Shown here piece after piece: positions 6,356 through 14,907 of a DNA stretch of 38,061 bases; the stretch's first letter is position 1; each line of letters starts with the position of its first letter. The stretch is taken from IMG/VR virus record IMGVR_UViG_3300009442_000015, positions 1-38,061 of that record; one strand, 5' to 3'. The translations under genes and the position numbers were made by a program. The DNA comes from a virus. Lineage: Duplodnaviria; Caudoviricetes. The notes under the pieces were generated by a model. That model ran no database searches and was not told the origin of the DNA. It worked only from the letters and a program-made list of their open reading frames with translations.

Positions 6356-8791
6356 ATGAAAGAGGTAAGTATTGACATTTTGCCCTCGGGGTTTCCGAGT
6401 CAGTTTGTATCTGACGCAGAGAAGGCGACTCAAGAGTTTGGGCTCAAGATAGGACAATCCATTCAGTATGAATGGTTTAAAAGAGACAGTGGGTCTTGTA
6501 GATACTACGGTCAGTGGCGTGAGTTTAATCGTTTAAGGCTTTATGCTAGAGGCGAACAATCGGTTGCTAAATACAAAAATGAGCTTTCTGTAGATGGTGA
6601 TTTAAGCTATTTAAACCTAGACTGGACACCCGTTCCTATCCTTCCAAAGTTCGTTGACATTGTTGTAAACGGAATGCAAGAGAGACAGTTTGAAATAAAA
6701 GCGTTTGCTCAAGACGCTCTTTCTGCGGAGAACAGAAACGTATTTCAAGAGAATGTAGAAACAGAAATGGTGTCAAAAGATGTTATGTCAGTAATGGCGG
6801 AAACATTTGATATTGATCCGTTTACTGTAGATCCAGCAAAACTTCCAAACGATGACGACGAGTTAGCTCTTTATATGCAGTTAAATTACAAACCAGCAAT
6901 TGAAATAGCAGAAGAGCAAGCAATAAATACTCTCTTAGAAGACAATCACTATATAGACACACGAAAAAGAGTAGACTATGATTTAGCTACAATAGGTGTT
7001 GGTATAGTAAAGCAAGAATTTCTTCCTGGAGCTGGAGTTCAGGTAAGTTATGTTGACCCTGCTAATGTGGTGTATAGCTATACCGAAGACCCTCAGTTTA
7101 AAGATTGTTTTTATTGGGGAGAAATTAAAACATTACCCATAACTGAACTTATTAAAATCGACCCTAGTCTTACAACTGAAGATTTAGAAACAATATCAAA
7201 GTATAGTCAGAGTTGGTATGATTATTTTAATGTAGCCGAGCAGTATCAGAATGATATTTTCAGTAGAGACTCTGCTACTCTAATGTATTTTAATTATAAG
7301 ACAACAAATAAGTTTGTTTATAAAAAGAAGGACTTAGACAATGGAAACTCTAGAGTAATAGAGAAAGACGACAACTTTAATCCGCCTGAAGAGATGATGG
7401 AGGAAGGTAACTTTACTAAAGTTGAAAAAACAATAGACGTATGGTATGAGGGAGTGATGGTTATGGGAACCAACATTATGTTGAAATGGAAAATGATGGA
7501 GAATATGGTTCGGCCTAAGTCAGCTTCTCAGCATGCCATGCCTAACTACGTTGCAAGCGCACCTAGAATGTACAAAGGGAACATAGAGTCCTTGGTTAGA
7601 AGAATGATTCCTTTTGCTGATTTAATTCAAGTTACGCACTTAAAGATGCAGCAAGTTATATCAAGAATAGTTCCAGACGGTGTGTTTATTGATGCCGATG
7701 GTCTTAATGAAGTTGACTTAGGGACTGGCGCAGCATATAATCCTGAAGACGCGTTGCGCTTATATTTCCAAACAGGTAGTGTTATTGGTCGTAGCTATAC
7801 ACAAGACGGTGAATTTAATAATGCTCGCGTTCCTATTCAACAACTAACTTCTAACTCTGGGCAATCTAAAATGGCTGCATTGATTGGCAACTACAATCAC
7901 TATATGGATATGATTCGCTCAGTAACTGGTTTAAACGAAGTTAGGGATGGCTCGACACCAGATCCTAACGCTCTTGTCGGAGTTCAAAAGTTAGCCGCTT
8001 TAAATTCTAACACGGCAACTAGACATATTTTAGAGGGTAGTCTATATATAACTAGGACACTGGCGGAGGCCTTGTCGTGTAGAATCGCAGACATTATGGA
8101 GTATGCTGACTTTAAAGAAGAGTTCGCTATGCAGATAGGCAAGTATAATGTGCGTCTTTTAAAAGACATAAAAAACTTGTATATGTATGACTTTGGAGTC
8201 TTTATAGAAATGTCTCCAGACGAAGAGCAAAGAACTCAGCTAGAAGCAAATATACAAATGGCTTTGTCTAGAGATGCAATTGGCTTAGAAGATGCTATTG
8301 ACATAAGAGAAATAAAAAATATTAAAGTTGCAAATCAATTATTAAAAGTTAAAAGAAATCAAAAGGCTGCTCAACAACAGCAATCAGAGATGATTAAACA
8401 ACAGTCTCAAGCTCAGATAAACGCTCAGTCTCAACAGATGGCAGCACAAACATCTATGCAAAAGATACAAGCTGAAACTCAATCTAAAATACAGTATCGA
8501 CAAGCTGATGTTGCTTTTGAAATAGAAAAGCTTAAGAATGAGGCAATGCTTAAGAAAGAACTGATGGCTACGGAGTTTCAATATCAAATGCAAATACAGG
8601 GCATGTCTCAAATATCAATTAATGATAGGGAAAAAAACAAAGAAGACTCTAAATCCGAACGTATAAGTCAACAGAACTCAGAACAGTCTAAGCTTATAAA
8701 TCAAAGGAAAAACAATTTACCCCCCATTAAGTTTGAGTCTAACGAAGACTCTCTAGATGGCTTTGATTTTGCCGAGTTTAATCCTCGATAA
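6356..8791 (+). CDS. Portal protein
   Basis: 811 aa directly after TerL, with the Gln-rich C-terminal coiled coil typical of podovirus portal barrels. Confidence 0.85.
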   Translation: MKEVSIDILPSGFPSQFVSDAEKATQEFGLKIGQSIQYEWFKRDSGSCRYYGQWREFNRLRLYARGEQSVAKYKNELSVDGDLSYLNLDWTPVPILPKFVDIVVNGMQERQFEIKAFAQDALSAENRNVFQENVETEMVSKDVMSVMAETFDIDPFTVDPAKLPNDDDELALYMQLNYKPAIEIAEEQAINTLLEDNHYIDTRKRVDYDLATIGVGIVKQEFLPGAGVQVSYVDPANVVYSYTEDPQFKDCFYWGEIKTLPITELIKIDPSLTTEDLETISKYSQSWYDYFNVAEQYQNDIFSRDSATLMYFNYKTTNKFVYKKKDLDNGNSRVIEKDDNFNPPEEMMEEGNFTKVEKTIDVWYEGVMVMGTNIMLKWKMMENMVRPKSASQHAMPNYVASAPRMYKGNIESLVRRMIPFADLIQVTHLKMQQVISRIVPDGVFIDADGLNEVDLGTGAAYNPEDALRLYFQTGSVIGRSYTQDGEFNNARVPIQQLTSNSGQSKMAALIGNYNHYMDMIRSVTGLNEVRDGSTPDPNALVGVQKLAALNSNTATRHILEGSLYITRTLAEALSCRIADIMEYADFKEEFAMQIGKYNVRLLKDIKNLYMYDFGVFIEMSPDEEQRTQLEANIQMALSRDAIGLEDAIDIREIKNIKVANQLLKVKRNQKAAQQQQSEMIKQQSQAQINAQSQQMAAQTSMQKIQAETQSKIQYRQADVAFEIEKLKNEAMLKKELMATEFQYQMQIQGMSQISINDREKNKEDSKSERISQQNSEQSKLINQRKNNLPPIKFESNEDSLDGFDFAEFNPR

Positions 8792-8792
8792 T

Positions 8793-9128
8793 ATGACTGA
8801 ACCAATAAAGAGAAGACGCAAAAAACACCTTAGAAATTTAGATAGAAATAAATCGGGCAGAGAAAAAACTGTATTGATGGAGTATGGGGAGGGTCAAAAC
8901 AAAAAAGGAAAGACTGTGTACACGGCTAGTCCCACTATAACTTTTAAAGGAAAAGAGAAGGCTAGACCACAATCCTACGAGCAAGCCTTAGAGGCTGGAG
9001 AGGTTTATGTGTTTAAAAAGGAAAGGAGAGCAGAAAGGTTTGCTGCTGGCTCATGGAAAAAAGGAAAAGACAAACGAGATGCAATGAGGGCATATAGAAA
9101 AAAAAAGCGAGCGGAAAAAAATAAATAA
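8793..9128 (+). CDS. Highly basic 111-aa protein (possible nucleic-acid binding)
   Basis: Start reassigned to ATG 8793 (MTEPIKRRRKKHLR); very Lys/Arg rich. Confidence 0.6.
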   Translation: MTEPIKRRRKKHLRNLDRNKSGREKTVLMEYGEGQNKKGKTVYTASPTITFKGKEKARPQSYEQALEAGEVYVFKKERRAERFAAGSWKKGKDKRDAMRAYRKKKRAEKNK

Positions 9129-9136
9129 ATAAGTAT

Positions 9137-9144
9137 TAACTTTG
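9137..9144 (+). promoter_or_regulatory. Bacteroidetes sigma-A -7 box TAACTTTG
   Basis: Matches TAnnTTTG; intergenic, about 20 nt upstream of the scaffold ATG. Confidence 0.65.
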
Positions 9145-9163
9145 TATCAATTAAATTAAATCT

Positions 9164-10276
9164 ATGAAAATCACAGTAAAAGAAGTCGCTGATGTCGAAG
9201 CAAAGTCAGTTCAAGAAGTTGAAAATGAATTGCTAGCTAAGCACGAAGAGGAATTTTCTCAAGAAGAAAAAGTTCCAGAAACAAATACAGTAGAGGTAGC
9301 TACTGAGGAAACTCAAGTTGCCGAACCTGAAAAAGAGAGTTCCTCACTTAAAGAGGAAGACGTTCTTTCATATATTAAAAATAGATATGATAAGCAGATT
9401 GACTCTGTAGATCAATTGTTTTCAGAAAGAGAGCAAGCTGAAGATTTACCAGAAGATGTTTCTGCTTATTTAAACTATAAAAAAGAAACAGGTCGAGGGA
9501 TTAAAGACTTTATTAAATTAAATGAAGACTTTGATGACCTAGACGACAATACTCTCTTAGCGAGATATTACGCCAACAAAGAAGATGGTCTCGATAGTGA
9601 TGACATTTCTTTTATGATCGAAGAAGAGTTCGGTTATGACAAAGAAATTGATGAAGAGTCAGACATTAGGCGTAAGAAGGTAGCTAAGAAAAAAGAACTT
9701 GCCAAAGCAAAGAACTTCTTTGAGGATCAAAAAGAGAAGTACAAAGCCCCTCTTGAGTCAAGCCCAGGGGTCGCTTCTACAAAAGACCAAGAAGAAATCA
9801 ATGCTTACAAGGAATACCAAGCGAAGGCTTTAAATATCCAAGATGAGGAACGTAAAAAGTACGAATGGTTTCAAAAGAAGACGGACGAATACTTCAATAA
9901 CGAATTCAAAGGTTTTGAGTTCAATGTTAATGATAGGGATATAGTCTACTCTCCTGCTGATGCTGCAGAAATTAAAAGCACTCAATCTGATCTTAATAAC
10001 TTTATTTCAAAGTATGTTAACAAAGATGGTGTTATTGATGATGCCAAGGGATACCATAAAGCTCTAGCGATGGCGATGAACCCAGACCGAGTAGCCAAGT
10101 TCTTCTATGAGCAAGGCATGTCGGACGCTGTAGATAATGTAGCAAGAAAGTCTAAGAACATTAATATGGACATTAGGCAGACGCCACAGAATCTTAGTAA
10201 AGGAGGGTTTAACGTGAAGTCCGTAAGCACTGACTCCGGTCGTGGCTTGAGGATCCGTTCAAATAAAAATAAATGA
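9164..10276 (+). CDS. Putative capsid scaffolding protein
   Basis: 370 aa, acidic and coiled-coil, immediately upstream of the MCP, with a basic C-terminus. Confidence 0.65.
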   Translation: MKITVKEVADVEAKSVQEVENELLAKHEEEFSQEEKVPETNTVEVATEETQVAEPEKESSSLKEEDVLSYIKNRYDKQIDSVDQLFSEREQAEDLPEDVSAYLNYKKETGRGIKDFIKLNEDFDDLDDNTLLARYYANKEDGLDSDDISFMIEEEFGYDKEIDEESDIRRKKVAKKKELAKAKNFFEDQKEKYKAPLESSPGVASTKDQEEINAYKEYQAKALNIQDEERKKYEWFQKKTDEYFNNEFKGFEFNVNDRDIVYSPADAAEIKSTQSDLNNFISKYVNKDGVIDDAKGYHKALAMAMNPDRVAKFFYEQGMSDAVDNVARKSKNINMDIRQTPQNLSKGGFNVKSVSTDSGRGLRIRSNKNK

Positions 10277-10291
10277 TTAAAATAAATTATT

Positions 10292-11701
10292 ATGGCTGTA
10301 GATGCAGTTCCCGGGTTTGACTTACAACCCAGTGCCGAGCGCGTAGCGCTTGCCACGAATTATATTACTAACTTCAATTTCTTGAATCAGTATCTTCCTG
10401 ATACTTATGAAAAGGAATTTGAGAGATACGGTAACCGTACCGTAGCTTCTTTCTTGAGAATGGTTGGCGCTGAAATGCCTTCTAACTCTGACCTTATCAA
10501 ATGGGCTGAGCAAGGAAGACTTCACACTAAGTATGTTGATGTTACTCCTCCTGCAGGGGGTTTAGCTGCTTCTGATACTGGAGTCTTTACTGTTAACGAT
10601 ACGCTTAATCCAAATACGGGTGGTATCGCTATCAGAATTGGACAGACAGTTATGTTTTCGGCTAACTCTCTTTCAATAACTAATAAGGCTATTGTAACTG
10701 CAGTAGACTACGCTGCTGGAACATTTACTGTTGCTTTCTATGAGGCAGCTGGTATGACTGCGGCTGCAGGGACAAAGTTCACTGTATTTATCTATGGTTC
10801 TGAATTTAAGAAAGGAACAAACGGAATGGTTGAGTCTTTAGAGGCTGACGATTCAATTTTTGAGAACTCTCCTATCATTATCAAGGACAAGTATGCTGTT
10901 TCTGGTTCTGACATGGCTCAGATTGGATGGGTAGAGGTAACTACTGAGAATGGTGCTTCTGGATACCTATGGTACATGAAATCAGAGCACGAGACTCGTC
11001 TCCGCTTTGAGGACTACCTAGAGACTGCTATGGTTGAGGCCGTTCCTGCTGAAGCTAATTCAGGAGCTATTGGTGCTGGAGCTGATGTTGGAAACAAAGG
11101 ATCTGAAGGTGTCTTCCACGTTGTGGGAGCTAGAGGTAATGTTTGGTCTGGAGGAAATCCAACTACATTGGCTGACTTTGATGCTATGATCGAAAGATTA
11201 GACAAGCAAGGAGCTATTCAAGAGAATGTTATTTTCTTAAACCGTCAGTTCGGTTTTGACGTTGATGATATGCTAGCTGCACAGAACTCTTATGGAGCAG
11301 GTGGTACTTCTTACGGATTGTTTGATAATGACGAAGAGATGGCTTTAAACTTAGGTTTCAAAGGCTTCACTCGTGGTTATGACTTCTATAAGACTGACTG
11401 GAAATATTTGAACGACCCAACTATGCGTGGTGGTTTAAATGCTGGTAAGATTTCAGGGCTTTTAGTTCCTGCTGGATCTACTACTGTTTATGACCAAATT
11501 CTTGGTAAGAACGCTAAGCGTCCTTTCCTTCACGTTAGATATCGTGCTTCAGAGACTGAAGATCGTCGATATAAGACTTGGATTACAGGTTCTGCTGGAG
11601 GTGCTGCTACAAGCGATCTTGACGCAATGGAGGTTAACTACCTTTCTGAGCGTGCTGTTTGTACTTTAGGTGCTAACAACTTCTTCTTGTTTGAAGGATA
11701 A
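10292..11701 (+). CDS. Major capsid protein
   Basis: 469 aa after portal and scaffold; strongly biased codon usage (GCT/GGT/ACT); followed by a strong terminator. Confidence 0.85.
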   Translation: MAVDAVPGFDLQPSAERVALATNYITNFNFLNQYLPDTYEKEFERYGNRTVASFLRMVGAEMPSNSDLIKWAEQGRLHTKYVDVTPPAGGLAASDTGVFTVNDTLNPNTGGIAIRIGQTVMFSANSLSITNKAIVTAVDYAAGTFTVAFYEAAGMTAAAGTKFTVFIYGSEFKKGTNGMVESLEADDSIFENSPIIIKDKYAVSGSDMAQIGWVEVTTENGASGYLWYMKSEHETRLRFEDYLETAMVEAVPAEANSGAIGAGADVGNKGSEGVFHVVGARGNVWSGGNPTTLADFDAMIERLDKQGAIQENVIFLNRQFGFDVDDMLAAQNSYGAGGTSYGLFDNDEEMALNLGFKGFTRGYDFYKTDWKYLNDPTMRGGLNAGKISGLLVPAGSTTVYDQILGKNAKRPFLHVRYRASETEDRRYKTWITGSAGGAATSDLDAMEVNYLSERAVCTLGANNFFLFEG

Positions 11702-11712
11702 ATAAACTCAAC

Positions 11713-11743
11713 GGGGGGGTGTTTAAACACCCTCCCTTTTTTT
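11713..11743 (+). terminator. Intrinsic terminator, GTTTAAAC-centred hairpin
   Basis: GGGGGGGTGTTTAAACACCCTCCC followed by T7, just after the MCP stop. Confidence 0.85.
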
Positions 11744-11765
11744 AAATCATATTAAATTATATCTA

Positions 11766-12503
11766 ATGAAAAAAAATAAGAATTCCGTGGACATGAACTA
11801 TGTCCTAAAAAGAAAAACCCCACCATTATCATTTATGCTATCATCACGACACACTCGTCGTAAGCCTCTATTGTATTTTGATGGGACTAGCAATCGACCT
11901 CTTCGATATGCTAGAAACCAAAAATCACCTTTTGAAGACGAGCAAGATGGAACTGCTATTGTTGAGCCTATAATCTTTGATGATGGCTTTTTGCATGTTC
12001 CTAAAGACAACCCTGTTCTTCAAGAGTTTTTATCTTACCACCCTGGGTTTGGTGATATATTTGTAGAGGTTAACAAAGAGGCTGAGGCTAAAGAAGAGGT
12101 TCAGAGCCTTGACGCGGAGGTAGATGCTTTGATTGCAGCTCGTAGCTTAACACTAGACATGCTTGAGAATATATCTCGTGTTCTCTTAGGCTCTTCTGTT
12201 GACAAGATGACTACCGCAGAGTTAAAAAGAGATGTGTTGGTCTTTGCCAAGCAGAACCCTTTTGAGTTTTTAGATTTACTTAACGACCCTATGCTTGAGC
12301 TAGAGAGCAAGGTTGCTAAGTTCTTTGAAGATGGACTGCTAGGGATGCGTAATAAAAACAAAGATGTATACTTTAACTTACCCAATAACAAAACAAAAAT
12401 GTTAACGGTTCCTTTCGGGGAGTCTGCCAACTATATTGTGGCATCATATTTGCAGAGCGATGATGGTGTTGAAACACTCAAGCTTCTAGAAAAACAAAAG
12501 TAA
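11766..12503 (+). CDS. Phage protein of the capsid module, function unknown
   Basis: 245-aa ORF directly after the MCP. Confidence 0.7.
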   Translation: MKKNKNSVDMNYVLKRKTPPLSFMLSSRHTRRKPLLYFDGTSNRPLRYARNQKSPFEDEQDGTAIVEPIIFDDGFLHVPKDNPVLQEFLSYHPGFGDIFVEVNKEAEAKEEVQSLDAEVDALIAARSLTLDMLENISRVLLGSSVDKMTTAELKRDVLVFAKQNPFEFLDLLNDPMLELESKVAKFFEDGLLGMRNKNKDVYFNLPNNKTKMLTVPFGESANYIVASYLQSDDGVETLKLLEKQK

Positions 12504-12521
12504 TTCACCTTTACTCTAATT

Positions 12522-12550
12522 AAGACCTCAGAAATGGGGTCTTTTTTTTT
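12522..12550 (+). terminator. Intrinsic terminator
   Basis: AAGACCTCA-GAAA-TGGGGTCTT stem with a GNRA loop, running into a T9 tract. Confidence 0.85.
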
Positions 12551-12553
12551 GAC

Positions 12554-12561
12554 TATCTTTG
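12554..12561 (+). promoter_or_regulatory. Bacteroidetes -7 box TATCTTTG
   Basis: TAnnTTTG directly after the terminator T-run, upstream of the 12592 gene. Confidence 0.65.
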
Positions 12562-12591
12562 TTCTTTATTAACATCTAATATTTTTAACTG

Positions 12592-12882
12592 ATGGCAAAA
12601 TTTTTACAATACGACACCGCCGCGAACGGTAGTCTTGTAATCCCAGCGGAGGAAGTCCTTTGGGTAAATAGTGGAACTAGCACCACTACTATAGTATTCA
12701 TGCTAGGAGCAAGTGCATTTGATCAAGTTACCGTTACTCATGCTGCAGATACCTCTGCTTATGAAATGGTAGGTTATCTTCAAGACAAACTAGTAGAAGC
12801 AGCTCAAGGAAAGTGGTCAGAGGCTGTTCTAAACATTACTGCTGACTCACCACTAGTAATCTCTAACATTCAAGTAGCGTAA
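12592..12882 (+). CDS. Small putative virion protein, paralogue A
   Basis: 96 aa; shares TSTTT, THAAD and LVEA motifs with the next gene. Confidence 0.65.
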   Translation: MAKFLQYDTAANGSLVIPAEEVLWVNSGTSTTTIVFMLGASAFDQVTVTHAADTSAYEMVGYLQDKLVEAAQGKWSEAVLNITADSPLVISNIQVA

Positions 12883-12884
12883 TC

Positions 12885-13169
12885 ATGACAAAGTATCTTA
12901 ACCTTTATTTCGGAAATCAACCGACTGCTCTATTGAACGCTAGTAAGCTTAGATCAATTGAGCAAACATCCACAACAACAACTGTTATTAAATATAACGG
13001 GTCTGCTTCAGCTGACCTAATCACTATAACTCACGCTGCTGACGCAAGTGGACTTGCTGTTCAAAATCAACTTGTAGAAGCTTTAGGCACAGTAATGAGA
13101 GCTCCGTATACTAATGCGGCTCCTTTAGTTACTTTGGACTTTGCAATTAGCCAAGTTGCTAATAGTTAA
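12885..13169 (+). CDS. Small putative virion protein, paralogue B
   Basis: 94 aa; paralogous to the previous gene. Confidence 0.65.
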   Translation: MTKYLNLYFGNQPTALLNASKLRSIEQTSTTTTVIKYNGSASADLITITHAADASGLAVQNQLVEALGTVMRAPYTNAAPLVTLDFAISQVANS

Positions 13170-13196
13170 TCTTTTTATAGTAAAAGACTAGAAAGA

Positions 13197-13224
13197 AGGG
13201 GCCTCAAGAGGGCCTCTTTTTTTT
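13197..13224 (+). terminator. Intrinsic terminator
   Basis: AGGGGCC-TCAAGAG-GGCCTCT stem followed by a T-run. Confidence 0.75.
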
Positions 13225-13227
13225 GTC

Positions 13228-13235
13228 TATCTTTG
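13228..13235 (+). promoter_or_regulatory. Bacteroidetes -7 box TATCTTTG
   Basis: Same terminator-T-run-G(A/T)CTATCTTTGTT context as at 12554. Confidence 0.65.
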
Positions 13236-13250
13236 TTAAAACCTTTAAAA

Positions 13251-13976
13251 ATGATAAACTCAGTAAGGAATACTGTACTATCGGTATTAAATAAAAATAA
13301 CTACGGATATATATCCCCGTCAGACTTTAATCAATTTGCCAAGCAAGCGCAGATGGATTTGTTTGAAGATTATTTTTATAACCTAAACTATCAAGTGGTA
13401 AAAGAAAATGCTCGTCAGTCAGGCACGGGGCTTGTCGATATAAGCAAAGGATATGAAGAGGTTATTTCTAGCTTTTCCAAGACAACAACTTTAACTCAAG
13501 CCACCGCTAATACAAGCAAATACAATTTACCTTCAGACTACTACCTTTTAAATGTCGTTCAATACAACACAATCGGAGCTGGACAACCAGGTGTAGAGAT
13601 AGAGAAGGTAGAAGAAAATAAGATAAGAAGTTTAATATCAACAAACCTATTGGCCCCCACTGCTGCTTTCCCGGTATATGTTCAGAGAGGCAATATTATA
13701 GAGGTATACCCTACAACTATTAATGGAGCTACTAACGTAGACTCTTACTATATTAGAAATCCCTTAGATCCTAAGTGGACATGGGTGCAATTAACTTCTG
13801 GAGGCCCAGTATTTAATGCTTCTGCGGCAGACTATCAAGACTTTGAGCTCCCTTTGTCAGATGAGCCCGACTTAGTCATGAAGATTCTAGAATACGCGGG
13901 AGTTTCAATAAGAGAGGGTGATGTGGTTAAGTTTGCAGATGGTGAATTAACGCAAGAATCTCAATCAGAAAAATAA
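13251..13976 (+). CDS. Putative head-tail connector / tail ring protein
   Basis: Helical N- and C-termini around a beta domain, YNLPSDY motif; start reassigned to ATG 13251; lies before the stabilisation protein. Confidence 0.6.
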   Translation: MINSVRNTVLSVLNKNNYGYISPSDFNQFAKQAQMDLFEDYFYNLNYQVVKENARQSGTGLVDISKGYEEVISSFSKTTTLTQATANTSKYNLPSDYYLLNVVQYNTIGAGQPGVEIEKVEENKIRSLISTNLLAPTAAFPVYVQRGNIIEVYPTTINGATNVDSYYIRNPLDPKWTWVQLTSGGPVFNASAADYQDFELPLSDEPDLVMKILEYAGVSIREGDVVKFADGELTQESQSEK

Positions 13977-13979
13977 GAT

Positions 13980-14906
13980 ATGGCATACTTAAGTCAGTTT
14001 CAATATTACACAAACGGAACCAATCCTGCAGAGGAAACAAATTGGGGGTCGTATCAATACACAAGTCTATCTGATATCGTAAATAACTTTATGGCTATAT
14101 ATGCTGGTAATAATGAGCTAGTAAATAATGTTGAGAGATATCAAGTATTGTTTCATGCCAAGAGAGCGATTCAAGAACTAAACTATGATGCCTTTAAAGA
14201 GATTAAGGCGCTAGAGTTAAGTGTTGACAATGAATTAAGATTTGTGCTTCCTTCTGACTATGTGAACTGGGTAAGGATCTCTCTGTATAGAGATGGGGTT
14301 ATTTTCCCTCTTACTGAAAACATTCAGCTAAACTCAAGTAGCGCCTATCTTCAAGACAATGAGAGTAGGGTTTTATTTGATCAAGACGGAAACATATTAA
14401 AGCCGGAATACTCTAATATAGATATAGAAAGGATAAAAGGAACTAAAAAGAGCATATACCTAAACGAAAACAATCCTAACTTCAACGGAAGAGAGGGATG
14501 GTGTTGTGATGGCTCTTGGTATTTTGAGTACAATGTAGGAGCTAGATATGGTCTAAATACTGAAACGGCAAACGCTAATCCTACTTTTAGAATTGATAAG
14601 TCTGCAGGCGTTATAAACTTCAGCTCTGGGATGTTAGATAAGATAGCAATACTTGAGTATGTATCTGATGGAATGGAAGGTGGAGATATCGCCTCTATAA
14701 GCGTAAATAAACTATTTGAAGACTATGTGTATGCTCACATTAAATACGCCATCTTATCCTCTAAGCTAGGCGTTCAAGAGTATATTGTTGGTAGGTCTAG
14801 AAAAGAAAAGACAGCATTGTTAAGAAATGCCAAGATAAGAATCAGTAACATTCACCCTGGTCGTCTGCTTATGAACTTGCGAGGTCAGAATAAGTGGCTT
14901 AAGTAG
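13980..14906 (+). CDS. Putative tail ring/tubular protein
   Basis: 308 aa; FVLPSDYV motif shared with the previous gene; tail-module position. Confidence 0.6.
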   Translation: MAYLSQFQYYTNGTNPAEETNWGSYQYTSLSDIVNNFMAIYAGNNELVNNVERYQVLFHAKRAIQELNYDAFKEIKALELSVDNELRFVLPSDYVNWVRISLYRDGVIFPLTENIQLNSSSAYLQDNESRVLFDQDGNILKPEYSNIDIERIKGTKKSIYLNENNPNFNGREGWCCDGSWYFEYNVGARYGLNTETANANPTFRIDKSAGVINFSSGMLDKIAILEYVSDGMEGGDIASISVNKLFEDYVYAHIKYAILSSKLGVQEYIVGRSRKEKTALLRNAKIRISNIHPGRLLMNLRGQNKWLK

Positions 14907-14907
14907 C

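Noticed and set aside
9746-9771. Hairpin GCCCCTCTTGAGTCAAGCCCAGGGGT inside the scaffold gene
   Set aside because: Single occurrence, bulged stem and no U-tract; cannot be distinguished from chance without homologues.
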